Source: Deltaproteobacteria bacterium
Lineage (GTDB): Bacteria; JAUYMQ01
NCBI GenBank assembly: GCA_030698575.1
Contig: JAUYMQ010000100.1
Coordinates: forward strand, 1 to 32,166
Direction: 5' to 3'
DNA: 32,166 bases
Shown: piece by piece, positions 20,442 to 29,124 of the stretch
Numbering within the stretch: the stretch's first letter is position 1
Layout: each line of letters starts with the position of its first letter
Notes under the pieces: generated by a model
What the model saw: the letters and a program-made list of their open reading frames with translations, nothing else
Told to the model about the DNA's origin: nothing
Database searches by the model: none
Made by a program: the position numbers and the translations under genes

Positions 20442-20668
20442 GCGATCTGCTGAACGTCAGCATCGAGGTGAGGGACGATGCCGATCTCTCCGATCTGCGG
20501 GCGCTGCTGCGCGACCGGGGAGCTTCGGTCATCACGTCGCGGGCGGCTGCCGCCGGGCGGCTGGAGTTTCTTGTCGTGATCGAAGCGGAGCAAGTCGAAG
20601 GGCTGGCCGACGTCCTGCCGGCCGGCGCGACCTGGCGGCGAACGGGCGTGCGGGGGAATCTCTCCTGA
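20438..20668 (+). CDS. Small hypothetical protein (76 aa), possibly ACT/ferredoxin-like fold
   Basis: GTGA overlap with the nfo stop; SD GGAGG upstream; beta-alpha-beta-beta-alpha hydrophobic pattern. Confidence 0.6.
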   Translation: MSDLLNVSIEVRDDADLSDLRALLRDRGASVITSRAAAAGRLEFLVVIEAEQVEGLADVLPAGATWRRTGVRGNLS

Positions 20669-20698
20669 CGGGGCCGCCGGGCGTCGAGGGAGGGGCGG

Positions 20699-22681
20699 CT
20701 AGTCCGACGATTGGACCAGCGCTGTTCGAGCCGGAGACGCATCTGGGAGCGAGAGGCTGACTTCCTCGATCAGCGCGCGAATGTAGCGCGAGGGGACAGC
20801 GAAGTTGAGCCCGGTCAATGCGACCTCTTCCGATTCACGAACGATGAAGGTGTTGATGCCGACGACCTCTCCCTGGAGGTTGAGCAGCGGGCCACCGGAA
20901 TTGCCGGGATTGATGGAAACGTCGGTCTGAAGGAAGTCCACGCCGTTGCGCATACGGCGGGTGGAGCTGATGATCCCCTTTGTGACCGTGTGCATGAGCC
21001 CCATGGGCGCGCCGATGGCGATCACGTCGTCCCCGGCGCGCAGCGGCGCCGCCGCGACGTAAAGGAAGGGGAGATCGCGCCCGCCCGTCCGCAGGATCGC
21101 CAGATCGCTCAGACGATCTTGCGACAGGATCCGCGCGCGCCGGCTCCCGTGCTCGGGAACACTCACCATGATCTTGTGGGCCCCCTCGATGACGTGAAGA
21201 TTGGTGACGACGATGCCGTCGGGACGGATGAGGGCGCCCGATCCGTAGGCCCGCTTTCCATCGCCGAGCTGAGCGGTGATCATGACGACGGCGCGCTCGC
21301 TGCGCGAAACGACCGCAGGCAACGAGCCGGGTTCGGTCGCTTCGGGGACGTACACCGAAGCCGGCCGTGTCTGGATGTCGAGCTGCAGCGGATCGTCGTC
21401 GTCCTCGAGGCGAAAACTGGTTGCCAGGCGGGTCAGCTCCGAACGCACCTCATCGAAGACGCCGTCGCCTGCGATGCCGAGCAGGAGATAGCGCTGTCCG
21501 CCCGCCACGTAGCAGGTGATGAGGAAGCTTTTCCGGCCATCCTCAAGCGAAACGGAGACAACCTCCTGGGCGCCGATCAGCCCGCCCGCCGACACGCTCT
21601 GCTCCTGGTAAACGGTCGGTTCGCGGCCGAGGGCCTTCAAGCGGCTCGCGCTTTCCGAAAGACACGCCTCCGCACTCCCCGTGTTTTCCTCAACAAGCAC
21701 GATCATCCGCGCAAACCCGTCCGCGCGCACGAGTTCGAGATCGGCTTCCGGCTGACCCGCGATCGGGCGGGGCGCTCCGAGCCCGTGCCAGTCGTCGTTC
21801 GGCCGGCGAAGCGTGTAGCCGTAGGCTGCTCCCTGAAGCAGCCGCTCTTCCTCCCAGCGGCTGATCCCTCGCCATGCGCCGATGATAAGGGAAGTGGAGA
21901 GGATCGCCGCAAGCGAGAGGCCGACCGCCGCGTGCAGGCCGCCCCCGGGACGGAAGGAAGCACGGACCGGGCGGCTCATGAGAACGGTCGCGGCCAGCGC
22001 GGACAGTCCGATGGCCGCCATGCCGCCGGCCAGCGGCGCCCAGGCTGCCTCGAGCGCGGCCCAGGTCATGCCGGCCAGCGCTGAAAGCGAAAGAAGAGCG
22101 AGAAGCACGAGTGCGGCCCGCCTCGCCCAGGACCGCATGGCAAGGAGCCCGGCGCCGATGACCACCCCCGGAGCGTTCAGCGACAGGAGGCTTGTGGCCA
22201 TAATCCCGGCGGCCACGGCGCGCACACGGCGCTGGACGTCGCGGGGCGTGACATCCTGGAGGCGTATCTTGACCGGGGGAGCGTCGGCGGTGGCGGTCGC
22301 GGCTGCTACCGTCGTCGCCCTGCCCTCCCGCGTCGCGGCTGCCGCCTGCACGTGCTCGATGAGCAGGCGCTGCTCGAGGGCCGGGAGCCAGACCCCGCCG
22401 TCCTGAGAGACGAGATCTTCCCAATCTACCCGTTCCTCGCCCATCCACTTCATGAGGCCGGCGAGCGGGACGGGCCCGAAAACGCCGGTGGTCACCTCGA
22501 CGAACCAGCGATCGCGGGCGGGCTCGTCATCGGGAGGGATCTCACCCGCGCCGCCGAAGCGCTCGGGCGCCCGCGGATCGAAGATCGTCCGGCAAAAGGG
22601 GCAGCGAGCCAGGGCGTCGGGCGCGAGCGACTCGTCGGCCGTCTCCCAGCTGGCGTCACAGGCTGGACAGTGAGGTGTCAT
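20699..22681 (-). CDS. Membrane-anchored trypsin-like (S1C/HtrA-type, PDZ-less) serine protease with N-terminal zinc ribbon and GYF_2 domain
   Basis: CPAC...CPFC; WFVE..GVFGPV...DLVSQDG..WLP (GYF_2); about 4-5 TM segments; PsbP-like beta-sheet region; catalytic triad VTNLHV / DLAIL / QTDVSINPGNSGGPL. Confidence 0.88.
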   Translation of the reverse strand: MTPHCPACDASWETADESLAPDALARCPFCRTIFDPRAPERFGGAGEIPPDDEPARDRWFVEVTTGVFGPVPLAGLMKWMGEERVDWEDLVSQDGGVWLPALEQRLLIEHVQAAAATREGRATTVAAATATADAPPVKIRLQDVTPRDVQRRVRAVAAGIMATSLLSLNAPGVVIGAGLLAMRSWARRAALVLLALLSLSALAGMTWAALEAAWAPLAGGMAAIGLSALAATVLMSRPVRASFRPGGGLHAAVGLSLAAILSTSLIIGAWRGISRWEEERLLQGAAYGYTLRRPNDDWHGLGAPRPIAGQPEADLELVRADGFARMIVLVEENTGSAEACLSESASRLKALGREPTVYQEQSVSAGGLIGAQEVVSVSLEDGRKSFLITCYVAGGQRYLLLGIAGDGVFDEVRSELTRLATSFRLEDDDDPLQLDIQTRPASVYVPEATEPGSLPAVVSRSERAVVMITAQLGDGKRAYGSGALIRPDGIVVTNLHVIEGAHKIMVSVPEHGSRRARILSQDRLSDLAILRTGGRDLPFLYVAAAPLRAGDDVIAIGAPMGLMHTVTKGIISSTRRMRNGVDFLQTDVSINPGNSGGPLLNLQGEVVGINTFIVRESEEVALTGLNFAVPSRYIRALIEEVSLSLPDASPARTALVQSSD

Positions 22682-22744
22682 TCCGTCCGTGCATCCGCGC
22701 GAAAGGTTCCGGGGGGACAGGGAATACGTTTCAGAGGTTATCGG

Positions 22745-22793
22745 CGGAGTTGCGGGCGGGGTTGAGGGCTGGGTTGCCGGACCGGATTGCGGG
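22745..22793. repeat. Degenerate 12-bp tandem repeat, four copies
   Basis: CGGAGTTGCGGG CGGGGTTGAGGG CTGGGTTGCCGG A CCGGATTGCGGG; TTG at 22750, 22762, 22774 and 22787. Confidence 0.65.
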
Positions 22794-22804
22794 AGGTGAG
22801 GGTT

Positions 22805-23398
22805 TCAGCGGGAGAGCGCCTTCTCCCACCGGATACGGCAGGGGTAGCGCTCGAGGCCGGGCTTCCAGGCAGCCATTTCAAGCTCCGTGGCGGAGCCGCC
22901 GGCCAGCTCGACGGTCTTGTTCAGGAAGCCCTGCGCGATGAGATAGAGCGGGTAGGGAAGATCGGGAAAATCCTCGATGTCCATGTCGACATAGTTCGAG
23001 TCCTGCGGCGCCGCCGCCTTTGGCGGTATTGCATAGTTCACCTTGCCGAAGTTGAAGCAGTTCTTCCAGAAGACGGGAAAGAGCTTCAGGGTCGCCGCTG
23101 GATCGCCCGGCTTCAGATACATGCTGTAGGGGCCCATGAGCAAGGAGGAGGCCATGAACTGCCCCATTCCGCGAGCGGCGTCGTCCTGCGCGTTAGAGAG
23201 CTTGTTGAAGATGACGTCGAGCGTGCGCTCGTAAACTTCGTAGGGATACCAGGAGCTGGGGAGAATGTAGGACATAACGACTTCACGGATCTCGGGCGAG
23301 AATTCCTCGAGCAGGCTCTCGTCCTTGGCGCGCCGCAGGATTCGAACATGCTGGGCGACCAGCGTTCCCTTGGCCTTGCGAGGCTCCCGTTCTGCCAT
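22805..23398 (-). CDS. DUF2378/TIGR02265-like cytoplasmic protein (H-NOX/V4R-like ligand-binding fold)
   Basis: Purine-rich SD before ATG 23398; KAKGTL, ILPSSWYPYE, ARGMG, FWKNCFNFG and C-terminal CRIRW pattern recalled from this myxobacterial family. Confidence 0.65.
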   Translation of the reverse strand: MAEREPRKAKGTLVAQHVRILRRAKDESLLEEFSPEIREVVMSYILPSSWYPYEVYERTLDVIFNKLSNAQDDAARGMGQFMASSLLMGPYSMYLKPGDPAATLKLFPVFWKNCFNFGKVNYAIPPKAAAPQDSNYVDMDIEDFPDLPYPLYLIAQGFLNKTVELAGGSATELEMAAWKPGLERYPCRIRWEKALSR

Positions 23399-23487
23399 CC
23401 CCTCACCTCTCGTGGATACTCTCGATCCATCGGTCCGGAAGGGGCAGGGCTTGAGCGGGCGAGGCGGGAGGGGGCACTGGAGGGGGG

Positions 23488-24165
23488 TCAGTTCGTGGCG
23501 GGCTCGGCCTGGGCTGTACCGGCCTCTGTCAACCCGGAGTCGGAGAACTTCGCAAGATCTTCGCCGATGCGGGTGGCCACACTGTCGCAAATCGCCAACA
23601 TCTGTCCATGCAGGAGTCCCCGGATCGGGCCGTAGACGAGTCCTCCCGTCCAGACGGGGATCTTCTGGAGCCCCTGGTTGCGGACCTGCTCGTGACTCGA
23701 CTCAACCAGGAGCTTGCCCGTCCTTCCATCATAAATCTTCACGCGCATCCCGACGCGGGCCACGGATTGGATCAGGTAATAGCTTCGGTCCCGGGCGAAG
23801 AGTTCGGGCTGGATCACGAGGTCCGCAGCCAGCGCCTGTCCGGCGCGGGCCATCTCCGCCTCGCCCTCGACCGGCCCTTCGCTGAGCGGAATCGCGCGAT
23901 CAACGCGCGGAAGGGAAATTAACTGATAGGCGTCTTGCGGGATTTTCATCGCGAGGCACCCGCGAACTTCTTCCAGGAGGTCGTAGCTGAAGTCGGGCAC
24001 TTCCTCCCCTTCAGCGGGGCTCGCCGGAATCACGGGAAGCAGCACCGCGCGCCACGGCGGTGGCCCGGAAGGATTGCCGGTTTTCAGGTAAACCGGTTCC
24101 GAGGCGCACCCTGCCGCCAAGAGCGCCAGCACCGCGAGCGCGGTGGTGGTTCCGGAACGCGTCAT
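23488..24165 (-). CDS. Lipoprotein, DUF799/CsgG/TolB-N-like fold
   Basis: Lipobox LAAG-C; AVLLP, VDRAI, GQALAADLVI, KIYDGRTGKLL; ATGA overlap with the upstream paralog. Confidence 0.75.
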   Translation of the reverse strand: MTRSGTTTALAVLALLAAGCASEPVYLKTGNPSGPPPWRAVLLPVIPASPAEGEEVPDFSYDLLEEVRGCLAMKIPQDAYQLISLPRVDRAIPLSEGPVEGEAEMARAGQALAADLVIQPELFARDRSYYLIQSVARVGMRVKIYDGRTGKLLVESSHEQVRNQGLQKIPVWTGGLVYGPIRGLLHGQMLAICDSVATRIGEDLAKFSDSGLTEAGTAQAEPATN

Positions 24166-24953
24166 CTAACGCCCCCCGCCCCACTTGCGAGGGCCCCGCC
24201 GTCCCCTTCGACCTCCGCTGCCTTCTCCAGGCTTCCGCCCGTTTCATCGAGGGGCTCCGGGATGGTCTCGAGGAGTTTGCGAACCGCCACGTCGGCGGTG
24301 CGGCGGTAGGCCGCGGGCAGGTCCTTGTTCTTCGGCTCCTCCATCCAGATGTCAGCGACGAAAAGATTGATGAACATCCCTCCCCGCGCTCCTTCCCACA
24401 GCCGCCCCGACCAAAGCACGTCGCCGGTGCTCGCCTCGACCAGTCGGAACGTCCCCTCGTAAACTGTGTGGGAGTAGACGTAGAGCGTCATGTTGCGGGT
24501 GCGTTTCACGTCGCAGTAGAGCAGTACTTCGGCGCCCGTGATTCTGCCGAGCGTGTCCGGGTTCATGCCGGGGATCTTGTCGGGCGTGATTCCCGCCTCC
24601 GCAAGCCGCCCGTCGACGTCCGCGAGCGGCACGACGCCGTAGCTGCGCAGCCGGCTGAGCGCCAGATCGAAGCTCGCGCGGAGCGTGTCGATGGCCTCCT
24701 CGCGCTCGGCGTTCGTGCCCTGCTCGGCGACAAAGGGAAGCACGGCGATCCTGCCCTGGCTGGTCTGCATGCGATCCTGCGCGCCGCCCACCGTGACGCT
24801 CGACTCGTAAAAGGGAAGCGGATAGATGCGATGGGCCCACTCCCAGCTGCAGCCGGGCAGGGCGAAAAGGAGAATCAGGATCGAGATGACGAGCGCGGGT
24901 CGCGGAGCGATAGCGGCGCGATCTGAGTCGGGTGTGGCGTGGGGGGAGGGCAT
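24162..24953 (-). CDS. Lipoprotein, DUF799/CsgG/TolB-N-like fold
   Basis: Lipobox ALPG-C; IAVLPF, YGVVPLADVDGRL, LGRITGAEVLLY, RLVEASTGDVLW. Confidence 0.8.
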   Translation of the reverse strand: MPSPHATPDSDRAAIAPRPALVISILILLFALPGCSWEWAHRIYPLPFYESSVTVGGAQDRMQTSQGRIAVLPFVAEQGTNAEREEAIDTLRASFDLALSRLRSYGVVPLADVDGRLAEAGITPDKIPGMNPDTLGRITGAEVLLYCDVKRTRNMTLYVYSHTVYEGTFRLVEASTGDVLWSGRLWEGARGGMFINLFVADIWMEEPKNKDLPAAYRRTADVAVRKLLETIPEPLDETGGSLEKAAEVEGDGGALASGAGGVR

Positions 24954-24962
24954 AGGGCGCGG

Positions 24963-24992
24963 AGTCTAGGCGATAGGGTGCCTCGGTGTCAA
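24963..24992 (-). promoter_or_regulatory. sigma70 promoter for the lipoprotein genes (near-leaderless)
   Basis: Minus strand TTGACA(24992-24987)-N18-TAGACT(24968-24963), 9 nt before ATG 24953; no SD. Confidence 0.65.
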
Positions 24993-25001
24993 CGGACCTC
25001 C

Positions 25002-25030
25002 TTGATCTACCCCGCAGGGCCTTCTATTCT
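25002..25030 (+). promoter_or_regulatory. sigma70 promoter for the TPR-parvulin gene (near-leaderless)
   Basis: TTGATC(25002-25007)-N17-TATTCT(25025-25030), 8 nt before ATG 25039; no SD. Confidence 0.65.
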
Positions 25031-25038
25031 CCCCCAGC

Positions 25039-26712
25039 ATGAAGCGCGCATTGCTATTCTCCGCCCTCCTCCTGCTGGCCGACGCCTTTTCGCTGCCCGT
25101 GCCCGCGCTCGTTTTCGCTGCCACCGATGACGTGCCTGAATCGCTTCGTGAGGCAGGCGAAGCGCTGGGCCGGGAGGTTCCGGAGTCGCCGAAGGAGGGC
25201 GAAGATGAAGCGGCGCCCGCCCGGGCAGTTCCGCCCGAGGTGCAGGCGATTCTCTCCAAGGGGAACCGCTTCTATGCTCTGGGAGATTACGACGCCGCCC
25301 GGGTGCAGTATCTCGAGGCAATCAGAAAGGATCCGGGATCTCCCGAGGGCCACTACGGGCTCGGGATGACCTACCTCGCGCTGGGCGATGTGAACGCGGC
25401 GATCATCGCCTGGCGACGAGCCGGCGGGGTCGATTCGGTGACTGCGGGGCTGTTCGACGAGTTCCGGAGTTTCCGCTCCGCGCGCGACGCGGTGCAATCG
25501 CAGCTCATGGCCACCCGCCGAAGCCAGGCTGAGGCGGTGGCGCGCGAGGAGCAGCCGGTGAGCGAGCGCTACGTGGGGCGCGGCGCGAGCGGGCTCTTCG
25601 ATTCATCCAACCGGGCCATGCTTGGGCGCCTCGACATTCCGCCGGAAGAGGAGACGGATACCCGGGCGCAGGATGGCGAGCTTCCTCCGCTGGGCAACAC
25701 CGCCTTTCCCCCGCCCCCGGATGCCGTCGCCGGGGAAGATCTTGCTCAGGAGCAGCTCCCGAGAGCCGCCACGGAAATGCCGCTCTCGGTTCAGAACGTG
25801 CCCGACACGCCGCGACCCGGGGGGCCGGCGCCTCCGGCCGTCGCCGCTCTCAGCCCCGAGCAGGCCGCCGACCCGAAGGCGCGGGGCATCTACTATGTCC
25901 AGACCGGAAACGATCAGGGCGCGGTGACCGCCTTCGAGGAGGTCCTGGCCACGGACCCGCGCGACAGCGATGCACTGAGCTACCTGGCCGGGCTCTATCT
26001 GGCGGGCGGGCGCGCCGACGATGCGGAAGGGGCCTACAAGCGCCTCGCCCGGCTCGAGCCGGCCTCGAGCGTGCCTCTCACCAACCTGGGAGGTCTGTAC
26101 TTGAATCTCGGCCGATTCGATGAGGCATCGACGACGCTCCAGGAGGCGCTGCGGCTCGACCCGTCGGATTCGCTGGCCATCAACAACCTGGCGGGCGTCT
26201 ACTACAAGACGGGCCGTGTCGATGACGCCGTCCGCGAGCTTAATCGGGCCATCGAGATCAATCCGGAGGATCTGAACTCACATAACAACCTGGCGGGCAT
26301 CTACTACCGCCAGGAAAGATTCGAGAAGGCCATCGAGGAGCTGCAGAGAATCCTGTCTCTCGATCCCTCGCACGCTGTTGCTGCCGCGAACCTCGAGGAA
26401 GCCTACAAGCGCAAGCGTGAGTTCGAGTCCGCCCGCAGTGAGCGGAAAATGCGGGCGCGCCAGATCGTGCTCCCTTCCGAGGAGGAAGCGAAGGCCGTTC
26501 GCGCGGAGATTCAGGACGGAAATGACTTCGTGCGGCTCGCCCGCGAGCGGAGTATCGATCAGACGGCGGCGAAAGGCGGCGATCTCGGTTTCTTCGACAA
26601 GGGCGATCTGGACAGCGAGGCGGAGGAAGCCATCCGCAAGCTCGCCCCCGGCGAGATCTCCGGTGTGGTGAAAACCCCCGGCGGCTACAGCATTTTTCAG
26701 CGGCTCGACTGA
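25039..26712 (+). CDS. Exported TPR-repeat protein with C-terminal parvulin-like domain
   Basis: Signal peptide MKRALLFSALLLLA; two TPR clusters (GHYGLGMTY; NNLAGVYY, NNLAGIYY) separated by a Pro/acidic linker; ARQIV...GGDLGFF...KTPGGYSIF. Confidence 0.88.
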   Translation: MKRALLFSALLLLADAFSLPVPALVFAATDDVPESLREAGEALGREVPESPKEGEDEAAPARAVPPEVQAILSKGNRFYALGDYDAARVQYLEAIRKDPGSPEGHYGLGMTYLALGDVNAAIIAWRRAGGVDSVTAGLFDEFRSFRSARDAVQSQLMATRRSQAEAVAREEQPVSERYVGRGASGLFDSSNRAMLGRLDIPPEEETDTRAQDGELPPLGNTAFPPPPDAVAGEDLAQEQLPRAATEMPLSVQNVPDTPRPGGPAPPAVAALSPEQAADPKARGIYYVQTGNDQGAVTAFEEVLATDPRDSDALSYLAGLYLAGGRADDAEGAYKRLARLEPASSVPLTNLGGLYLNLGRFDEASTTLQEALRLDPSDSLAINNLAGVYYKTGRVDDAVRELNRAIEINPEDLNSHNNLAGIYYRQERFEKAIEELQRILSLDPSHAVAAANLEEAYKRKREFESARSERKMRARQIVLPSEEEAKAVRAEIQDGNDFVRLARERSIDQTAAKGGDLGFFDKGDLDSEAEEAIRKLAPGEISGVVKTPGGYSIFQRLD

Positions 26713-26856
26713 GATCCGGCGCTCACCCCTCCGCCACGCCGGGCTTGCCCCCAAACTGTATTGATCCAGAACCACTGCGGGTGTATAAAATCCGCCATAC
26801 CACGCGCCCCCTCCCGGGAGCGCTGTTTTTTCCTGCCCGAATCCCCCCCCCCGCTC

Positions 26857-26891
26857 TGCCCAAATATTGGGCGGTGACTCAAATTTCATCA
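26857..26891. promoter_or_regulatory. Putative NtrC-type enhancer sites
   Basis: TGCCCAAATATTGGGCG (26857-26873) resembles TGCAC-N7-GTGCA; a weaker dyad TGACTCAAATTTCATCA lies at 26875-26891; about 100 bp upstream of the -24 box. Confidence 0.55.
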
Positions 26892-26968
26892 CGGTACCCG
26901 GTGGTGCGCGGCGGTCGTGCGGTACACGAAACCGCGGCCAAGCCGGAAGAATCGACAAGCGGCAGACA

Positions 26969-26985
26969 TCGGCACGCTTCTTGCT
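26969..26985 (+). promoter_or_regulatory. sigma54 -24/-12 promoter of porin-PII
   Basis: TCGGCACGCTTCTTGCT (GG-N10-GC). Confidence 0.8.
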
Positions 26986-27078
26986 GAACAGACCGTGTTT
27001 TGCACCGGGAGCCGCCGGGGAGCGCGTGACGAGTGTGTCGACGCCTGAATCCACGGGAAGCCAAGGGGAGGAGATTCA

Positions 27079-28497
27079 ATGGAGACGCTCGGAAAGGCAA
27101 CGATCGGAAGCGCAATGAAGGCGTTTCGCCGGGGGGTCGTCGTTGCAACCAGCTTGGCGACGACCGCCGTTCTTGTTCCAGCCGCGTGGGCCGGTGATCC
27201 GTCGAACACCGAGATGGTCAAAGAGTTCCAGAACATGAAGAGCGAGATCCGGGCGCTCCAGCAGAAAACCAACACCCTGGAACTGCGGAACGCGGAGAAG
27301 GACAGCCAGATCAAGTCGCTCGAGGGCCAGGTGCAGAAGACGAACGAGGATCTCACCGGCATGTCGGCCTACAACTTCGTAAAAGACGTCGAGGTTTCCG
27401 GCTACGTTTCGACCATCTTCACGGACACGCTGACAAACCCGAGCGATCAGACACGGCGGCTCGGCGTGTTCGAGACCAACTCGCACAGCTTCAACAACTC
27501 GGCCTTCAAGCTGGTGTTCGAGAAGCCGACCTCGAACGAGAGCCGGGCCGGCTTCCGCGTGGACATTCTGAGCGGCGAGACGGGACGCCTTCTCGGAAAC
27601 GCTACCTCGGACGTTCCCACTGGAAGCACGGGGCTCGACGACTTCGAACTGGAGCAGGCCTACGTGACCTACAAGGCCGACCTCGGCGACGGGCTCGACA
27701 TCTACGCCGGCAAGTTCGTGACGCTCCTCGGCGCGGAGGTCATCGAGAGCCCGCTCAACTACAACATCAGCCGATCCATTCTCTTCGGCTTCGCGATTCC
27801 CTTTACGCATACCGGCATTCGCGCGACCTATCCCCTCACCGACAAGATCAGCGTAACGGCGGGCGTGAACAACGGCTGGGACAACAACGATGACCTGAAC
27901 CACGGCTACAGCTATGAGGGCCAGGTGGCCTGGTCGCCGAACGACGACTTTTCCCTCTCGGTGAACGGTATCTGGGGACCGGAGCAGGTGGGTATCGAGC
28001 GGCGCAAGCGCGGCGTGGTGGACGTCGTGGCGAACTGGACCCCGACGGACAAGCTGACCTTGATCGGCAACTTCGACTGGGGCCACGAGTCGGGCGTCAC
28101 CGTTACCCACGAGAACATCATCTACGTGACGGAGCCCGACCCCAACGCGGTTCCACCATTCTCCTCCAATATGATCACCGCCGTAGATCAGTCCTATAAC
28201 AGCAAGACGGTGGCCGACTGGTACGGCGGCGCGCTGGTGGCGAACTACCAGTTCACCGACCGGTTCGGGCTTGCAGGCCGCGCCGAGTACTTCGTGGACG
28301 CCGACGGATCGCGCACGGGCTTGTCTCAGGACCTGTGGGAGTTCTCGGTCACTCCCGCCTTCTGGGTGACGCCGAAGCTCCTCGCGCGCCTCGAGTTCCG
28401 CACCGATCATTCGAGCGATAAGTATTTTCTGCAGGGATCCCAGCCGGCCAATCACCAGGAGACGGTGTTCGGCGAAGTTGCATACCTCTTCCCTTGA
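27079..28497 (+). CDS. Outer-membrane beta-barrel porin (BBP2/OmpL-like) with N-terminal coiled coil
   Basis: SD GGAGGAG; signal peptide ending AWA; heptad segment; VSGYV, EQAYVTY, GKFVTLLGAEVIES..NYNISRS.LF..IPFTHTG, GVNNGWD, RLEFRTD; ends YLFP. Alternative start at 27115. Confidence 0.88.
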   Translation: METLGKATIGSAMKAFRRGVVVATSLATTAVLVPAAWAGDPSNTEMVKEFQNMKSEIRALQQKTNTLELRNAEKDSQIKSLEGQVQKTNEDLTGMSAYNFVKDVEVSGYVSTIFTDTLTNPSDQTRRLGVFETNSHSFNNSAFKLVFEKPTSNESRAGFRVDILSGETGRLLGNATSDVPTGSTGLDDFELEQAYVTYKADLGDGLDIYAGKFVTLLGAEVIESPLNYNISRSILFGFAIPFTHTGIRATYPLTDKISVTAGVNNGWDNNDDLNHGYSYEGQVAWSPNDDFSLSVNGIWGPEQVGIERRKRGVVDVVANWTPTDKLTLIGNFDWGHESGVTVTHENIIYVTEPDPNAVPPFSSNMITAVDQSYNSKTVADWYGGALVANYQFTDRFGLAGRAEYFVDADGSRTGLSQDLWEFSVTPAFWVTPKLLARLEFRTDHSSDKYFLQGSQPANHQETVFGEVAYLFP

Positions 28498-28502
28498 CCT
28501 GA

Positions 28503-28889
<387 letters not shown>

Positions 28890-28937
28890 TCCGTCGCGAC
28901 ACAACCGAGCGAGGGTGGGCGGTCGAGCCCGCCGCGG

Positions 28938-28968
28938 AAAGGCAGGCCTTCGGGCCTGCCTTTGCTTT
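28938..28968 (+). terminator. Intrinsic terminator after the first PII gene
   Basis: AAAGGCAGGCC-TTCG-GGCCTGCCTTT followed by GCTTT. Confidence 0.85.
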
Positions 28969-29025
28969 GGGCCTCCCAAACCGCTCCGGGAGTTGCCCGG
29001 CCGTCCGTGCGGGGCGTCCCGATGC

Positions 29026-29061
29026 TGCTTAAAAACTGTGCAGCTGCCTCTGGCCTGCGCA
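29026..29061. promoter_or_regulatory. Putative NtrC-type enhancer sites for amtB
   Basis: TGCTTAAAAACTGTGCA (29026-29042) and a weaker TGCCTCTGGCCTGCGCA (29045-29061). Confidence 0.65.
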
Positions 29062-29097
29062 GGGCACACCCGGCGGCCGGCACAAAAAGGTCTTGTA

Positions 29098-29110
29098 AAT
29101 CAAGAGTTTT
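29098..29110 (+). promoter_or_regulatory. Putative IHF site
   Basis: AATCAAGAGTTTT, one mismatch from WATCAANNNNTTR, with an upstream A-tract; lies between the enhancer and the sigma54 box. Confidence 0.5.
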
Positions 29111-29124
29111 TTGGACTTCCGGGT

